A model generated the notes under the pieces. That model did not search any database. It worked only from the letters and a program-made list of their open reading frames with translations, and was not told the DNA's origin. 64,000 bases of DNA, from the IMG/VR virus record IMGVR_UViG_3300025117_000032; one strand, given 5' to 3'. The first letter of the stretch is position 1; each line of letters starts with the position of its first letter. Of the stretch, positions 50,008 to 58,638 are shown piece after piece. Both the position numbers and the translations under genes were made by a program. This DNA comes from a virus.

Positions 50008-53000
50008 TCATCCTTTGCGTTTTCTATCAATCAACCAAGTCAAACTTTCTCTTTCTCCCCTTGGACCAATCTGTACCCAAGGATTGGGGTTTGCCCTAGA
50101 ATTCATGAACCCCCTATTTGTAGGAAGAGAATTCTCTGCTAGATTACTTTCCCCTTGCATAGCTTTCAAGGCAGCAACCACAGCTTCCCTTCCACTTGAT
50201 CTGTCTTTAAGGTGAGTAGACTTAACAAACAATCCAATCCCCCCAGCTATACACAAGTCATCATTATACCCTGGCATAGCTTGAGGCTTTCCATTTATCC
50301 AAACCAAAGTCCTAAGCTCTGAAATTGTCCTGGTAGATCTTATCTTAAAGCTCCCAACTCTAATACCCTCTTCCAATGCAGAAATAATAAGTGGCCTAGA
50401 AGTATTCGTTGTCTGAAACCCAGGTATAGCAGAGACATCATGTTTGGTTGGGTGATCATTCATCTTTTTCATTTTCTCTTTGCTGTACATTCCCTTTTGT
50501 GAATAGAATAAGTTCTTATAATCAAGGTCAACTAGCTTAAGACAAGTTGCATATCCAATGCTATTAGCTTCAGGAACAATCAAAGCATTGTTATAGAGAG
50601 TTCCAACATCATACAACAACCCAGCATATTCATCTGGAGGAAGTCTATGCCTGTACTCTGCAACTTGCTCATCACTAGAATTGATAACATGAAAAGCAGA
50701 GTAATCAGAAGAATCTCCCCTAGCTACGTCCGCACATATTAAATACTCTTCGCCTTCAATGGGGTCTTCCCATACCCAAAGATTCTTATAGAACATACTG
50801 AAAGGAACATCTTCCTTTTTATGGTACTGCAACACTTCAAAGCCTTCATATAGAGGTTTTCTACATTCTTTCTCTGCTTCAAGTATATACTTGTTCTCAA
50901 TAACCATATCCCCAGAACCAAGAAAGTCCATATCCAACTCTTGAGCGATAAGCCTGTCAGAAGCTAACTGTCTCTTTTGGTTTTCATACCAAGATGAGGT
51001 AGGATGAAAACTAGATTCAGCACAAATCTCACAAAGCACTTCACCATTGAACATAGATCCTGTCAATTGTCTATTACCACAACTGGCACAAATCCACTCC
51101 AAGTTTTCAGAGTATAATGGATGTTCCGTCCAATGAATGGTTATCGGATTAAAGTCAGATTCTTTGTTGACCGCAAGCGTCCATTGCTTGTGATACCAAT
51201 TTCCGACTCCCTTGGGGGTTTGGTGTCCAAGTATTGAGTTATATATTACCGAGTGATCCCAAAATGATATCATGTTGATATCACTTTCTGAAATTTCAGA
51301 AGAAATTTTGTGTGAGTTTTTGGTGCTAGGCAATGAAAAATCAACTGTAGGGTTTGAGCTAACTGTAATGCTACGAATAGGTTCCCACTTGACGTTTGGT
51401 GAGAGTATCTTATCTAGTTCAATTGTTAGTTTGTTAGGAATGGTTGTGTTTTGTAGGCAAATATTTTTTAGCTTCAATAGGTTTTGGCGTGAGGTATGGT
51501 GGGTTTTGTACAAACTTTTTTTATTTAGTACCCCATTAATATTCAAACCCCACTTCTTAATCAGCGTCCACGTTCCAAAAGGTAATAAGTCAAACAAACA
51601 CTTGCAGTAATAAACTCCGTTGGGTATTACATCATGTGAGCTTGACTTTACAATATTACTTTTTGTGAAGCTCTCACTTGGGTTTTTTGAGCTAAGTGTT
51701 TGTGTAATATTACTTTGGTTAGCTGCCCGGCATTTTTTTTCTAATTGATTCTCATTTTCAACCTCAAAATTTTCTGGCACGTTTCTTGCTATAGCAAGTT
51801 CTGTGCCAAAACCGGGCTGCACAGAATTTTGTTTGGCACGATTCTTGCTAGACCCACACTCAAATTGGTTTTGACTAGCATTTTCATCTGTAAGCAATTT
51901 GTCGGGCAGCCCATAGTTGGCACGATTCTTGCTAAAGGTTTGATTTATAATGCTCTCTTTTTGTGAAATTGTGAACCCAGTTGTTAATTTTTTATCATAC
52001 AAAACGTCAAAACAATTCATTTTACCCCTTATGGGTTTTTGATTATTTTGATCTATAGTGTGTTTTTCCCCGGAAATTTCAGTTTTGGTTGTTAAAAGTT
52101 TAACAAGATTTTGGGAAGCAATTTTCGTTCCAAGTTTTTGGTTGTCTGCGTCCCTGCATGTTAAAGTTTTAACATCTCCTGATTCTAAATCATCAAAATT
52201 TTCGTCCCTAGCAAGAAGCGTGCCAGGCAAAATTGGCAATAGGTGGAGTTTACCGATACCTTCAAGTTCTGTGCCTGTTAATTTTTTAACATGCGGAGCA
52301 GCAGCCAACAAAACATTATGATTCTCAAATTCGCCATCACAGTTTTTGATATTTGGTTTTATTGTATGATTTTTAACTGCAAAATTTCTGGTATGATTCT
52401 TGCTAGGGGAATTTTGTTCGATTTGGTTGGCACAGAACTTGCTATAGCAAGAATCATGCCAAGTCTGGGATGTAATTATTTGATTCTCATTTTCAATTGG
52501 TGAGCGCATCGCTTGACTTTGTAGCAAAATGCCGGGCAACTCACAAAGCATAGGAAGGACGTTTTGATTATCCTGTTTTTCCTGGGAGTTGAACCCAATC
52601 AATTCATAGAACAATTTCGATTCTGATTGATTGAGAGTTAACCTGTACTGGATGGTATCGTATTGAAAGTAGCTGTTCCTTCCATTGACTGCCCCGTACT
52701 CACTCAAGATTCCAATGTTGTCTAGGATGATTCTTATTTGATCTATTAGAACCTTTGAGGAAAGTCCTATGGACACAATCCCTCTGTCTGCTCTGGAGAA
52801 TCCTTTGCAATCAAAAATTCCGTTCACCAAGGCCCCTAGATTGCCCCCAGACAACTCCAATAGTCTTGGAGGTATGGAGCGTTGGGTGTTCTTTGTGTCT
52901 GGTTTAAAGCCCAGGTAAAGAAGGAATTCAATGAAGTTCTTTGAAGTGGTAAAAATATTGTCAGTATGGGTTTGGATGTCTACATTTTCAAGAGTAAATC

Positions 53001-54111
53001 TATCCTTCATATCCTGGGTTATAGAAACAAAACTTACATATCCCCCTATGAGTTCATTTGCCTGTTGAGAATTTATTATGCTCATTGATCCATTGGCAAT
53101 GTACACACCCAGGAGATAGGCAAGGTCTGGTGTAATCACTGTTGGAAGAAAGTTATCATGCAGGGTTGTGTTTGTGCTAAGGTCTGGTGTTAGACGAAAA
53201 TCGGTTAGTGTATCGTTATTTCCCCAGACATTCATCCCATACTGTACTGCAACGAAATCATTAACTTCTAAATCTCTCAATTGAAACCAATCGTATCTTC
53301 CAACTTTATTTGAGAAAGCCCATAGCTTATGATTCAATGAACCCTCTAGCTTTGCACTCCTAGTAGATATAATTTTAGTTTTACACACTCCATTGTTGTA
53401 AGCTATGCTGCCAGTTCTTAGTTTATCCTTGCCTAACACACCATAAGAAGCAACTGTTTGTTCACCAAGTAAGTCCAGGTTTGCATAGTCACCAATTTGC
53501 TTTATACCCCTATCCGTGTAAATGTAAGTGTCAGGTGTAACGCAAGAGATAACAATACCAGCACCACCCATTGACAATGTAGGGTAAGCTGCTGCCCACA
53601 AGTCCTCAACCTTATTCGTAGGAATGGCTGCTGCCTCATCAATAACCAATAGGGTCAATGATTCAGACCTAGCTGCATCATCTGTGGTGGCGTGAGCAAT
53701 AACCCTGGAACCATTAATGAGTTCGATTGAACCCTGGTTATCCAATAAAAGTTTTGGAACCAACCAAGTGGGAGACTTTTTCAGTATCAACTTTATCTTG
53801 CGAACAAACCCAGAAGAGTTCACTTGCTTATTTGCCACAACTGCAACCTCTGTTGCCTTATGAAAAGCCACCAACCAAGCAATGTAACCTGCTGCTATTG
53901 TTGAAATACCCAACTGTCTTGATTTTAGAATGATGTTGAATCTATGCTCTTGGAATTCTCTCAAGCAATCTTTCTGGAAATCATACAACTGAAACTTAAC
54001 GTACCCACCCTTTGGGTCTCTCACCACACCATAATTGAGTAGGTAATATTCTGGACTAGCGGAACACTTGATGATCTCTTCGGTCATCTGTTGCTTGGAT
54101 AATGCAGGCAT
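50008..54111 (-). CDS. terminase large subunit (T4 gp17-like) with 775-aa intein
   Basis: LYDFQ, KSRQLGIS, LVIDEAA, VIS|TPKG, DVARG...DYS, PEANSIG, NDDL. Confidence 0.95.
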   Translation of the reverse strand: MPALSKQQMTEEIIKCSASPEYYLLNYGVVRDPKGGYVKFQLYDFQKDCLREFQEHRFNIILKSRQLGISTIAAGYIAWLVAFHKATEVAVVANKQVNSSGFVRKIKLILKKSPTWLVPKLLLDNQGSIELINGSRVIAHATTDDAARSESLTLLVIDEAAAIPTNKVEDLWAAAYPTLSMGGAGIVISCVTPDTYIYTDRGIKQIGDYANLDLLGEQTVASYGVLGKDKLRTGSIAYNNGVCKTKIISTRSAKLEGSLNHKLWAFSNKVGRYDWFQLRDLEVNDFVAVQYGMNVWGNNDTLTDFRLTPDLSTNTTLHDNFLPTVITPDLAYLLGVYIANGSMSIINSQQANELIGGYVSFVSITQDMKDRFTLENVDIQTHTDNIFTTSKNFIEFLLYLGFKPDTKNTQRSIPPRLLELSGGNLGALVNGIFDCKGFSRADRGIVSIGLSSKVLIDQIRIILDNIGILSEYGAVNGRNSYFQYDTIQYRLTLNQSESKLFYELIGFNSQEKQDNQNVLPMLCELPGILLQSQAMRSPIENENQIITSQTWHDSCYSKFCANQIEQNSPSKNHTRNFAVKNHTIKPNIKNCDGEFENHNVLLAAAPHVKKLTGTELEGIGKLHLLPILPGTLLARDENFDDLESGDVKTLTCRDADNQKLGTKIASQNLVKLLTTKTEISGEKHTIDQNNQKPIRGKMNCFDVLYDKKLTTGFTISQKESIINQTFSKNRANYGLPDKLLTDENASQNQFECGSSKNRAKQNSVQPGFGTELAIARNVPENFEVENENQLEKKCRAANQSNITQTLSSKNPSESFTKSNIVKSSSHDVIPNGVYYCKCLFDLLPFGTWTLIKKWGLNINGVLNKKSLYKTHHTSRQNLLKLKNICLQNTTIPNKLTIELDKILSPNVKWEPIRSITVSSNPTVDFSLPSTKNSHKISSEISESDINMISFWDHSVIYNSILGHQTPKGVGNWYHKQWTLAVNKESDFNPITIHWTEHPLYSENLEWICASCGNRQLTGSMFNGEVLCEICAESSFHPTSSWYENQKRQLASDRLIAQELDMDFLGSGDMVIENKYILEAEKECRKPLYEGFEVLQYHKKEDVPFSMFYKNLWVWEDPIEGEEYLICADVARGDSSDYSAFHVINSSDEQVAEYRHRLPPDEYAGLLYDVGTLYNNALIVPEANSIGYATCLKLVDLDYKNLFYSQKGMYSKEKMKKMNDHPTKHDVSAIPGFQTTNTSRPLIISALEEGIRVGSFKIRSTRTISELRTLVWINGKPQAMPGYNDDLCIAGGIGLFVKSTHLKDRSSGREAVVAALKAMQGESNLAENSLPTNRGFMNSRANPNPWVQIGPRGERESLTWLIDRKRKG
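51220..53544 (-). mobile_element. terminase intein (LAGLIDADG, Gln-terminal) carrying a ~300-aa extra insertion
   Basis: CVTPDT...NHK...LLGVYIANG...GIFDCKG...TVDFSL...GHQ|T. Confidence 0.9.
51718..52544. promoter_or_regulatory. array of sigma54 -24/-12 sites, Rex-like palindromes and Fur-like boxes inside the intein
   Basis: 9 GG-N10-GC sites (e.g. TTGGCACGATTCTTGCT x2); TGTTAA-N4-TTAACA x3; TTGATTCTCATTTTCAA x2; terminal inverted repeats. Confidence 0.8.
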
Positions 54112-54182
54112 AAAAAGCGAAACCCCCTATGATATATAAATATCACAGGAGGCTTGCTTGATGCAAAAATTGGTAACTGGTA

Positions 54183-54442
54183 CTATCTAGTTTCGATATG
54201 AATTCCAACTAGTGGTGCTTCAGCTACTAGGTTTGGAAACTTTATGGTAGCAGTCTTCTTACCACCTAGATACATGGTTCCATCTAATGCAAAATCAAAA
54301 TTAAAGGCCACAACAAATTCCTTCTTAGCATTTTGACTAAGATTATCTGCCTTTTTAAATAGATTCAACAGGTCAGCAAACTCTTTATCACTACTGTAAC
54401 GAAGAGTATACTCTTTTTTCATTTGGTCAAATGTCATCGCCA
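54183..54442 (-). CDS. hypothetical protein
   Basis: probable start MAMTFDQ.. after GAAGGA; C-terminal part of ORF 54183..54701. Confidence 0.45.
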
Positions 54443-54492
54443 TTCCTTCTTTGTTAGGGTTTTTGGTGTTGATCACACAGAAATTGATTGTG

Positions 54493-54675
54493 CTAGATCC
54501 CCCTTCCACCTTTCCAGGTTTCACTGTTAGGCTTACACCAAGGGCAGTCATCAATGATGTGGCCATTGCACTTAAGTATACCTCCAATAACAGGGTAATC
54601 AGTTTTACACTTATCACAGCGGAAATATCTAAACCTCTGACAACCAAGGTTATATTCTCCAATATACTGTAACAT
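54493..54675 (-). CDS. small Zn-finger protein
   Basis: CDKC...CPWC; AAGGAG RBS. Confidence 0.5.
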   Translation of the reverse strand: MLQYIGEYNLGCQRFRYFRCDKCKTDYPVIGGILKCNGHIIDDCPWCKPNSETWKGGRGI

Positions 54676-54679
54676 GGTT

Positions 54680-54895
54680 TTACTCCTTCTCTCTTAACCA
54701 CTCATCGAATTGCTCTGTGGTGCAAACCTGGACAACATCCGAGATTGCACCCACTTTGAAAAACCTCTCGAAATCACCATTGGGCACAAAAATCTTCTCC
54801 AACCACCACTCCCCCATGTCAACAATCCAAATGTTTCCAAGGTGGTTGATATCGATATCTTTTTGTGTATCGTAGACTTTGAAAAATTTAAGCAT
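54680..54895 (-). CDS. hypothetical protein
   Basis: likely start MLKFFKVYD after AAGGAG; C-terminal part of ORF 54680..55093. Confidence 0.5.
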   Translation of the reverse strand: MLKFFKVYDTQKDIDINHLGNIWIVDMGEWWLEKIFVPNGDFERFFKVGAISDVVQVCTTEQFDEWLREKE

Positions 54896-54911
54896 GGTCT
54901 TTACTCCTTCC

Positions 54912-55418
54912 TTAGAATGGAAAATCAATTGTTTCGGTTGTCTTCCATGGCATAAGGATAAACAACCAAGACTTGTCATTGTCTCGGCAGACAATAGGCT
55001 TGTCCAAGTCTTCCTGGTCAAAGGTATAATCACCGACAAACAAACTAGTGAGGGTGTTCCAATAGCTGCTGTCAACAAAAAGCTTTTCATCACCCCTTGC
55101 TAAAAGACGTTTCTCATAACCATAATTAAGATAGATCCATTGAGTGGGTTTGATTTCAACCCCAACAGTTTTGGAAACAACATCCAGGATGTCTATTGTT
55201 GAATCTGAAAAACCAGCTTTATCCCACCGAATTGTTTTTCCTGGTCTTGGCCATAACACACTTAACTCTGGGGGGAGTATTCCAATCCCAAAATTGATTG
55301 CATAGAAGCCATTGGAAAACAGTTGTTTGCCCTCTTTTGTGGTTTGTAGAAAAAACAACTGAATACCAGTTGGTACTTTTACGATCTTCTTGATGATCTT
55401 CTGATTCAAATATGGCAT
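54912..55418 (-). CDS. hypothetical protein
   Basis: 168-aa ORF. Confidence 0.6.
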   Translation of the reverse strand: MPYLNQKIIKKIVKVPTGIQLFFLQTTKEGKQLFSNGFYAINFGIGILPPELSVLWPRPGKTIRWDKAGFSDSTIDILDVVSKTVGVEIKPTQWIYLNYGYEKRLLARGDEKLFVDSSYWNTLTSLFVGDYTFDQEDLDKPIVCRDNDKSWLFILMPWKTTETIDFPF

Positions 55419-55422
55419 AGCT

Positions 55423-55653
55423 TCATACCTTTCTGTATTCGAACTTTCCCTTGACCTTGGAATTGAGATACCTACCCTTTGACCTAGATCTGATCAGACC
55501 AGAGTAAACAGTCTTGGGAACACCAAAGTAGGTGTAGGTATCACCACTGTTGAAAAGAACCACCAGTTCACTTTCAAGATTCCTATACTCCACAGCATTG
55601 ATGCAAGATGAATCAACCTTGATCATGGCTCTACTCCTTGTCTTGATCTTCAT
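55423..55653 (-). CDS. KTSC domain protein
   Basis: VDSSCI..V.Y......L.V.FNSG..Y.Y.GVP..VY..L....SKGRY.N. Confidence 0.88.
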   Translation of the reverse strand: MKIKTRSRAMIKVDSSCINAVEYRNLESELVVLFNSGDTYTYFGVPKTVYSGLIRSRSKGRYLNSKVKGKFEYRKV

Positions 55654-55882
55654 TCCATGGGTTCACACCAGGATTGGTCACAGCACCGTTGTTTTGAATA
55701 TCAGCCCAGGACCAAGCAAATGCACCCTGGACATGCAAGTGAAAGGTAATCTCTTCAATGGGAAGCTCTGGGTGATTCGTATCACGCAGGATCTTCTGAA
55801 TGGCGTCTGCTATTTCTCTCTTCTGTCTGACTGAAAACATAGCTCTACCCCTTACTTTTTTCTTCACCAGATGGATACTCAA
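55631..55882 (-). CDS. hypothetical protein
   Basis: MFSVRQKREIA...HPELP...WSWADI. Confidence 0.55.
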   Translation of the reverse strand: MSIHLVKKKVRGRAMFSVRQKREIADAIQKILRDTNHPELPIEEITFHLHVQGAFAWSWADIQNNGAVTNPGVNPWNEDQDKE

Positions 55883-56110
55883 TAATGGTGTATTCTTGGT
55901 TAGTCCACATAGCTCTCGGTAACATACCGCTTGAAATCAGCGAAGTCCATGTGGGGAAGATGATCACTGTCGATCATGGAAAAGTTCCTCTTTGCTCTGG
56001 GTGTCCAGTTGCAGGATGTGAACCATCTGCTCATCATCGTACTGGACAACGATCATTTCATGTCGCATTTCTTTTCTCCCTGTCTTGAGGTTATCTCAAC
56101 TTCTAGGCAT

Positions 56111-56139
56111 AGTATAACACAACCACCATCCTTTGTCAA
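56111..56139 (-). promoter_or_regulatory. strong sigma70-type early promoter
   Basis: TTGACA-17 nt-TATACT with TG extended -10. Confidence 0.8.
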
Positions 56140-56312
56140 GAAAAAATCAAGCACTCTCTCCATATCTCTACACTAGGCACATTATAATCCCATTTCTTTC
56201 CCATGAAGGAAAGTCCGTATGGTGGATCGGTCACAATAGCATCTACTGTGTTTTCTTCGAATGTCTTTAGGGTTTCAAGACATTCACCCTGGTAAATTGT
56301 GTTTAGTTCCAA
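56136..56312 (-). pseudogene. truncated N4/N6 DNA methyltransferase
   Basis: TTG start after AAGGAG; LELNTIYQGECLE.LK....TVDAIVTDPPYGLSFMGKKWD...WRECL then stop. Confidence 0.8.
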
Positions 56313-56337
56313 TGTCTCTTTCTCCTTGTCTTCAATT

Positions 56338-56550
56338 TTAGGAAGCGTGTGTTATCAGCCAATCCTCAAACTTGTCCTTTGAGGTATCCTCTATACGAAA
56401 TTCAAGCAAACCAACATCAACCATACCGATGAATTGTGGCCTAGACATTTCAACCTTGCCAACCCATTTGTTGGTGTCCAAGTCAAACTGGACAATAACA
56501 TAGCCAACCTTTGTACCATCTTTGATCCTAAAAATTTTGATGATACTCAT
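56338..56550 (-). CDS. hypothetical protein
   Basis: GGAGG RBS. Confidence 0.55.
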   Translation of the reverse strand: MSIIKIFRIKDGTKVGYVIVQFDLDTNKWVGKVEMSRPQFIGMVDVGLLEFRIEDTSKDKFEDWLITHAS

Positions 56551-56651
56551 GACTTATCCTCCAATGAGTTTGTTTCCTTCAAAGCATAAGCGATGGCTTT
56601 TTCTAACTCTTCGCAAGTCTCTTTGTTGGATTTGTCTATCGGTTACTGTTC

Positions 56652-56915
56652 TTATAAGAAACGTACCTCGTCTTTCTTCACCCAATCATTATCCCTTGCC
56701 CACTCTTCTAGTGTCTTGACTGTAAACACATCTTCTGGAGTGGCTATATAACCAAGGTTTTCTTCTGCCCATTCCTTTAGTGCTTTATCACTGTAAACAC
56801 ACTCTGGATTTATGTTACTACAAATCCAATCGATAGCATGATCTATAGAGTTTTCGCCAAGCACTTGCTTCGCAAAATCACCAATGTCTTTTTCTGTTAA
56901 GTAATATCTAGGCAT
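56652..56915 (-). CDS. hypothetical protein
   Basis: internal repeat PE.V(Y/F)..K.L.EWA. Confidence 0.6.
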   Translation of the reverse strand: MPRYYLTEKDIGDFAKQVLGENSIDHAIDWICSNINPECVYSDKALKEWAEENLGYIATPEDVFTVKTLEEWARDNDWVKKDEVRFL

Positions 56916-56918
56916 GGG

Positions 56919-57671
56919 TCATTCTCCTTTTGGTTTGTTAAGCACAACTATTACAGTGTTGACCATTGTTCCAGAAGACTTGAATGCTTCTGGGCTGTTC
57001 TTTTCAGCGAAGCCATATTTCTCAATCAACTCTCTAAAGTTGACTGTCTTCTTGTTCTCTCTAAACAAAACACCGGCAGCCATAATAGAAACTAGCCTTC
57101 CCCCTGGTACTAGAAATTCCCAAGCATGAAGCACATGGTCAATGTCTGCTTGCTTCTCAAATGGTGGATTCATAATCACCCTATTGTACATTGGTTCTGA
57201 TTTGGTTTGAAGAAAATCTCCTTCATAAATCACGTTGTAACCCTTGCTTCTTAGAACCTCAACATTAGCTGGTAAGATTTCTATACAGTCCACAATACAA
57301 TCCTTGTTTATGTAATCAGCAATCCCACCTTGGCCGGCGGATGGTTCTAGGACAAGATCACCGGGTTCCGTGTGTGCCATCTTAACAATTCTCTCTGCTA
57401 GTTCTGGTGGTGTAGGAAAGAACCCTTGCTTCTTAGGCAAAACAATTTCCCCAGAAAGAAGAACCTGTTCCAAGAAATTTGTTGGGTCTGATTCAAATAT
57501 GTGTGCTGCTAGTTTTCTATTCCACTTTCCCCCCATACCTTCTAACACTTTGTTGACTGCCACATATTGCTTTCTGTCAAGTTGACCACAAGTTAAGGTA
57601 ATGGTGTTTTCACTTATTGTTGCCCTACTAAGCACCCTTAAAGTTTCTTGATCAATTTTTGTTGTGTTCAT
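56919..57671 (-). CDS. SAM-dependent DNA adenine methyltransferase-like protein
   Basis: FFPTP, VLEPSAGQG, DFL, MNPPF, GGRLV. Confidence 0.88.
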   Translation of the reverse strand: MNTTKIDQETLRVLSRATISENTITLTCGQLDRKQYVAVNKVLEGMGGKWNRKLAAHIFESDPTNFLEQVLLSGEIVLPKKQGFFPTPPELAERIVKMAHTEPGDLVLEPSAGQGGIADYINKDCIVDCIEILPANVEVLRSKGYNVIYEGDFLQTKSEPMYNRVIMNPPFEKQADIDHVLHAWEFLVPGGRLVSIMAAGVLFRENKKTVNFRELIEKYGFAEKNSPEAFKSSGTMVNTVIVVLNKPKGE

Positions 57672-57686
57672 TACTTTGTATCCTTT

Positions 57687-57974
57687 TCATTCTTGTTCCT
57701 TCTTTTTCTTCATGCCATCTGCCAGCAATGTGATAAGTTCGGCAAGATCCCGCAAGCTTTCCTCATCGAAAGATGAAAAGGCTGCACCAGATGAATTTCT
57801 TAACATTAGATTTAGGTACTTGGAATCATCAAATGTCTTAACCTCCAGAGTTACCCAATCGTCTCTGATACCAGGGGTTTTACAAGGAGGAAGCCCATAA
57901 TTTCCTTCCAAGTAAATCTTGTCAACTTTTCCCAACCAATTCTTAAGCTCTTGTTTCTTAGTTGTATCACTCAT
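57687..57974 (-). CDS. hypothetical protein (3-member paralog family)
   Basis: KKQELKNWL...YLNL...F....LRDL. Confidence 0.6.
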   Translation of the reverse strand: MSDTTKKQELKNWLGKVDKIYLEGNYGLPPCKTPGIRDDWVTLEVKTFDDSKYLNLMLRNSSGAAFSSFDEESLRDLAELITLLADGMKKKKEQE

Positions 57975-58029
57975 TTTTTAACCTCTCTTGTTTATCCAAA
58001 CCACTTCTCTGTGGCATCTTCTGTTCATT

Positions 58030-58269
58030 TCAGTCTCCATCTTCATGAATGATTTCAGCTACCCCATGTGATTCCATCTGAAAAAGTTTTTCCCTAAGCC
58101 TAGCCTCTTCTTCAACAGCCCAAGCCATCGGGTTATCAGGCATGAACCTCTGATTGGATTCCTTCCAAATACTATCCATGTGAACCCAACGTGGACCTTC
58201 ATGGGTTAGGCACTCACAATCCTTGGTGGCGTCAACAACCTTGCTGAATTTGGTTAGGATGAATTTCAT
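58030..58269 (-). CDS. hypothetical protein
   Basis: likely start MKFILTK; CECLTH.GP.W.H motif. Confidence 0.5.
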   Translation of the reverse strand: MKFILTKFSKVVDATKDCECLTHEGPRWVHMDSIWKESNQRFMPDNPMAWAVEEEARLREKLFQMESHGVAEIIHEDGD

Positions 58270-58270
58270 T

Positions 58271-58630
58271 TCAGTCCCCTTCCCACATGCCAAGAGGAAA
58301 CATGAGCGCCATTTCCTTCAACTGAATTAATGCTGCCTTTGTGTTACCTTCTGTAGCTTTCCAGTAGTCATCATCCACATCATCACAAAGCTTGGAGATT
58401 GCCTCATCAAGCACAGGAATACTTTCTGCTCCGGTCATTCCGTATATGGTTCTGATACCCTTTCCACCCAGAAATACCTTGGAAAAGAATGGTGCATAGT
58501 TCCAGGTTACATTCAGCCACATATCTCTTATTCCACCCATCGCATAGGTTCCACCTTGCATCTGGTGTAACTCATCTGATTTCAAAACTTCTTTGGTGAT
58601 TGGGTCTTTTAGGTAAATGTCATAGCTCAT
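58271..58630 (-). CDS. conserved hypothetical phage protein
   Basis: MSYDIYL.DP...GGTYA.GG...LNVTWNY...YWKATEGN. Confidence 0.7.
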   Translation of the reverse strand: MSYDIYLKDPITKEVLKSDELHQMQGGTYAMGGIRDMWLNVTWNYAPFFSKVFLGGKGIRTIYGMTGAESIPVLDEAISKLCDDVDDDYWKATEGNTKAALIQLKEMALMFPLGMWEGD

Positions 58631-58638
58631 GGTTTACC

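Noticed and set aside
52021-52062. CsoR-like (TACCCCTTATGGGT) and NrdR-like (ACACTATAGAT) motifs in the intein insert
   Set aside because: Single, partial matches; not distinguishable from chance without a PWM scan
51774-52462. Repeats in the intein insertion as CRISPR or protein tandem repeats
   Set aside because: Irregular spacing, both orientations and different reading frames; sequence fits the sigma54 consensus instead
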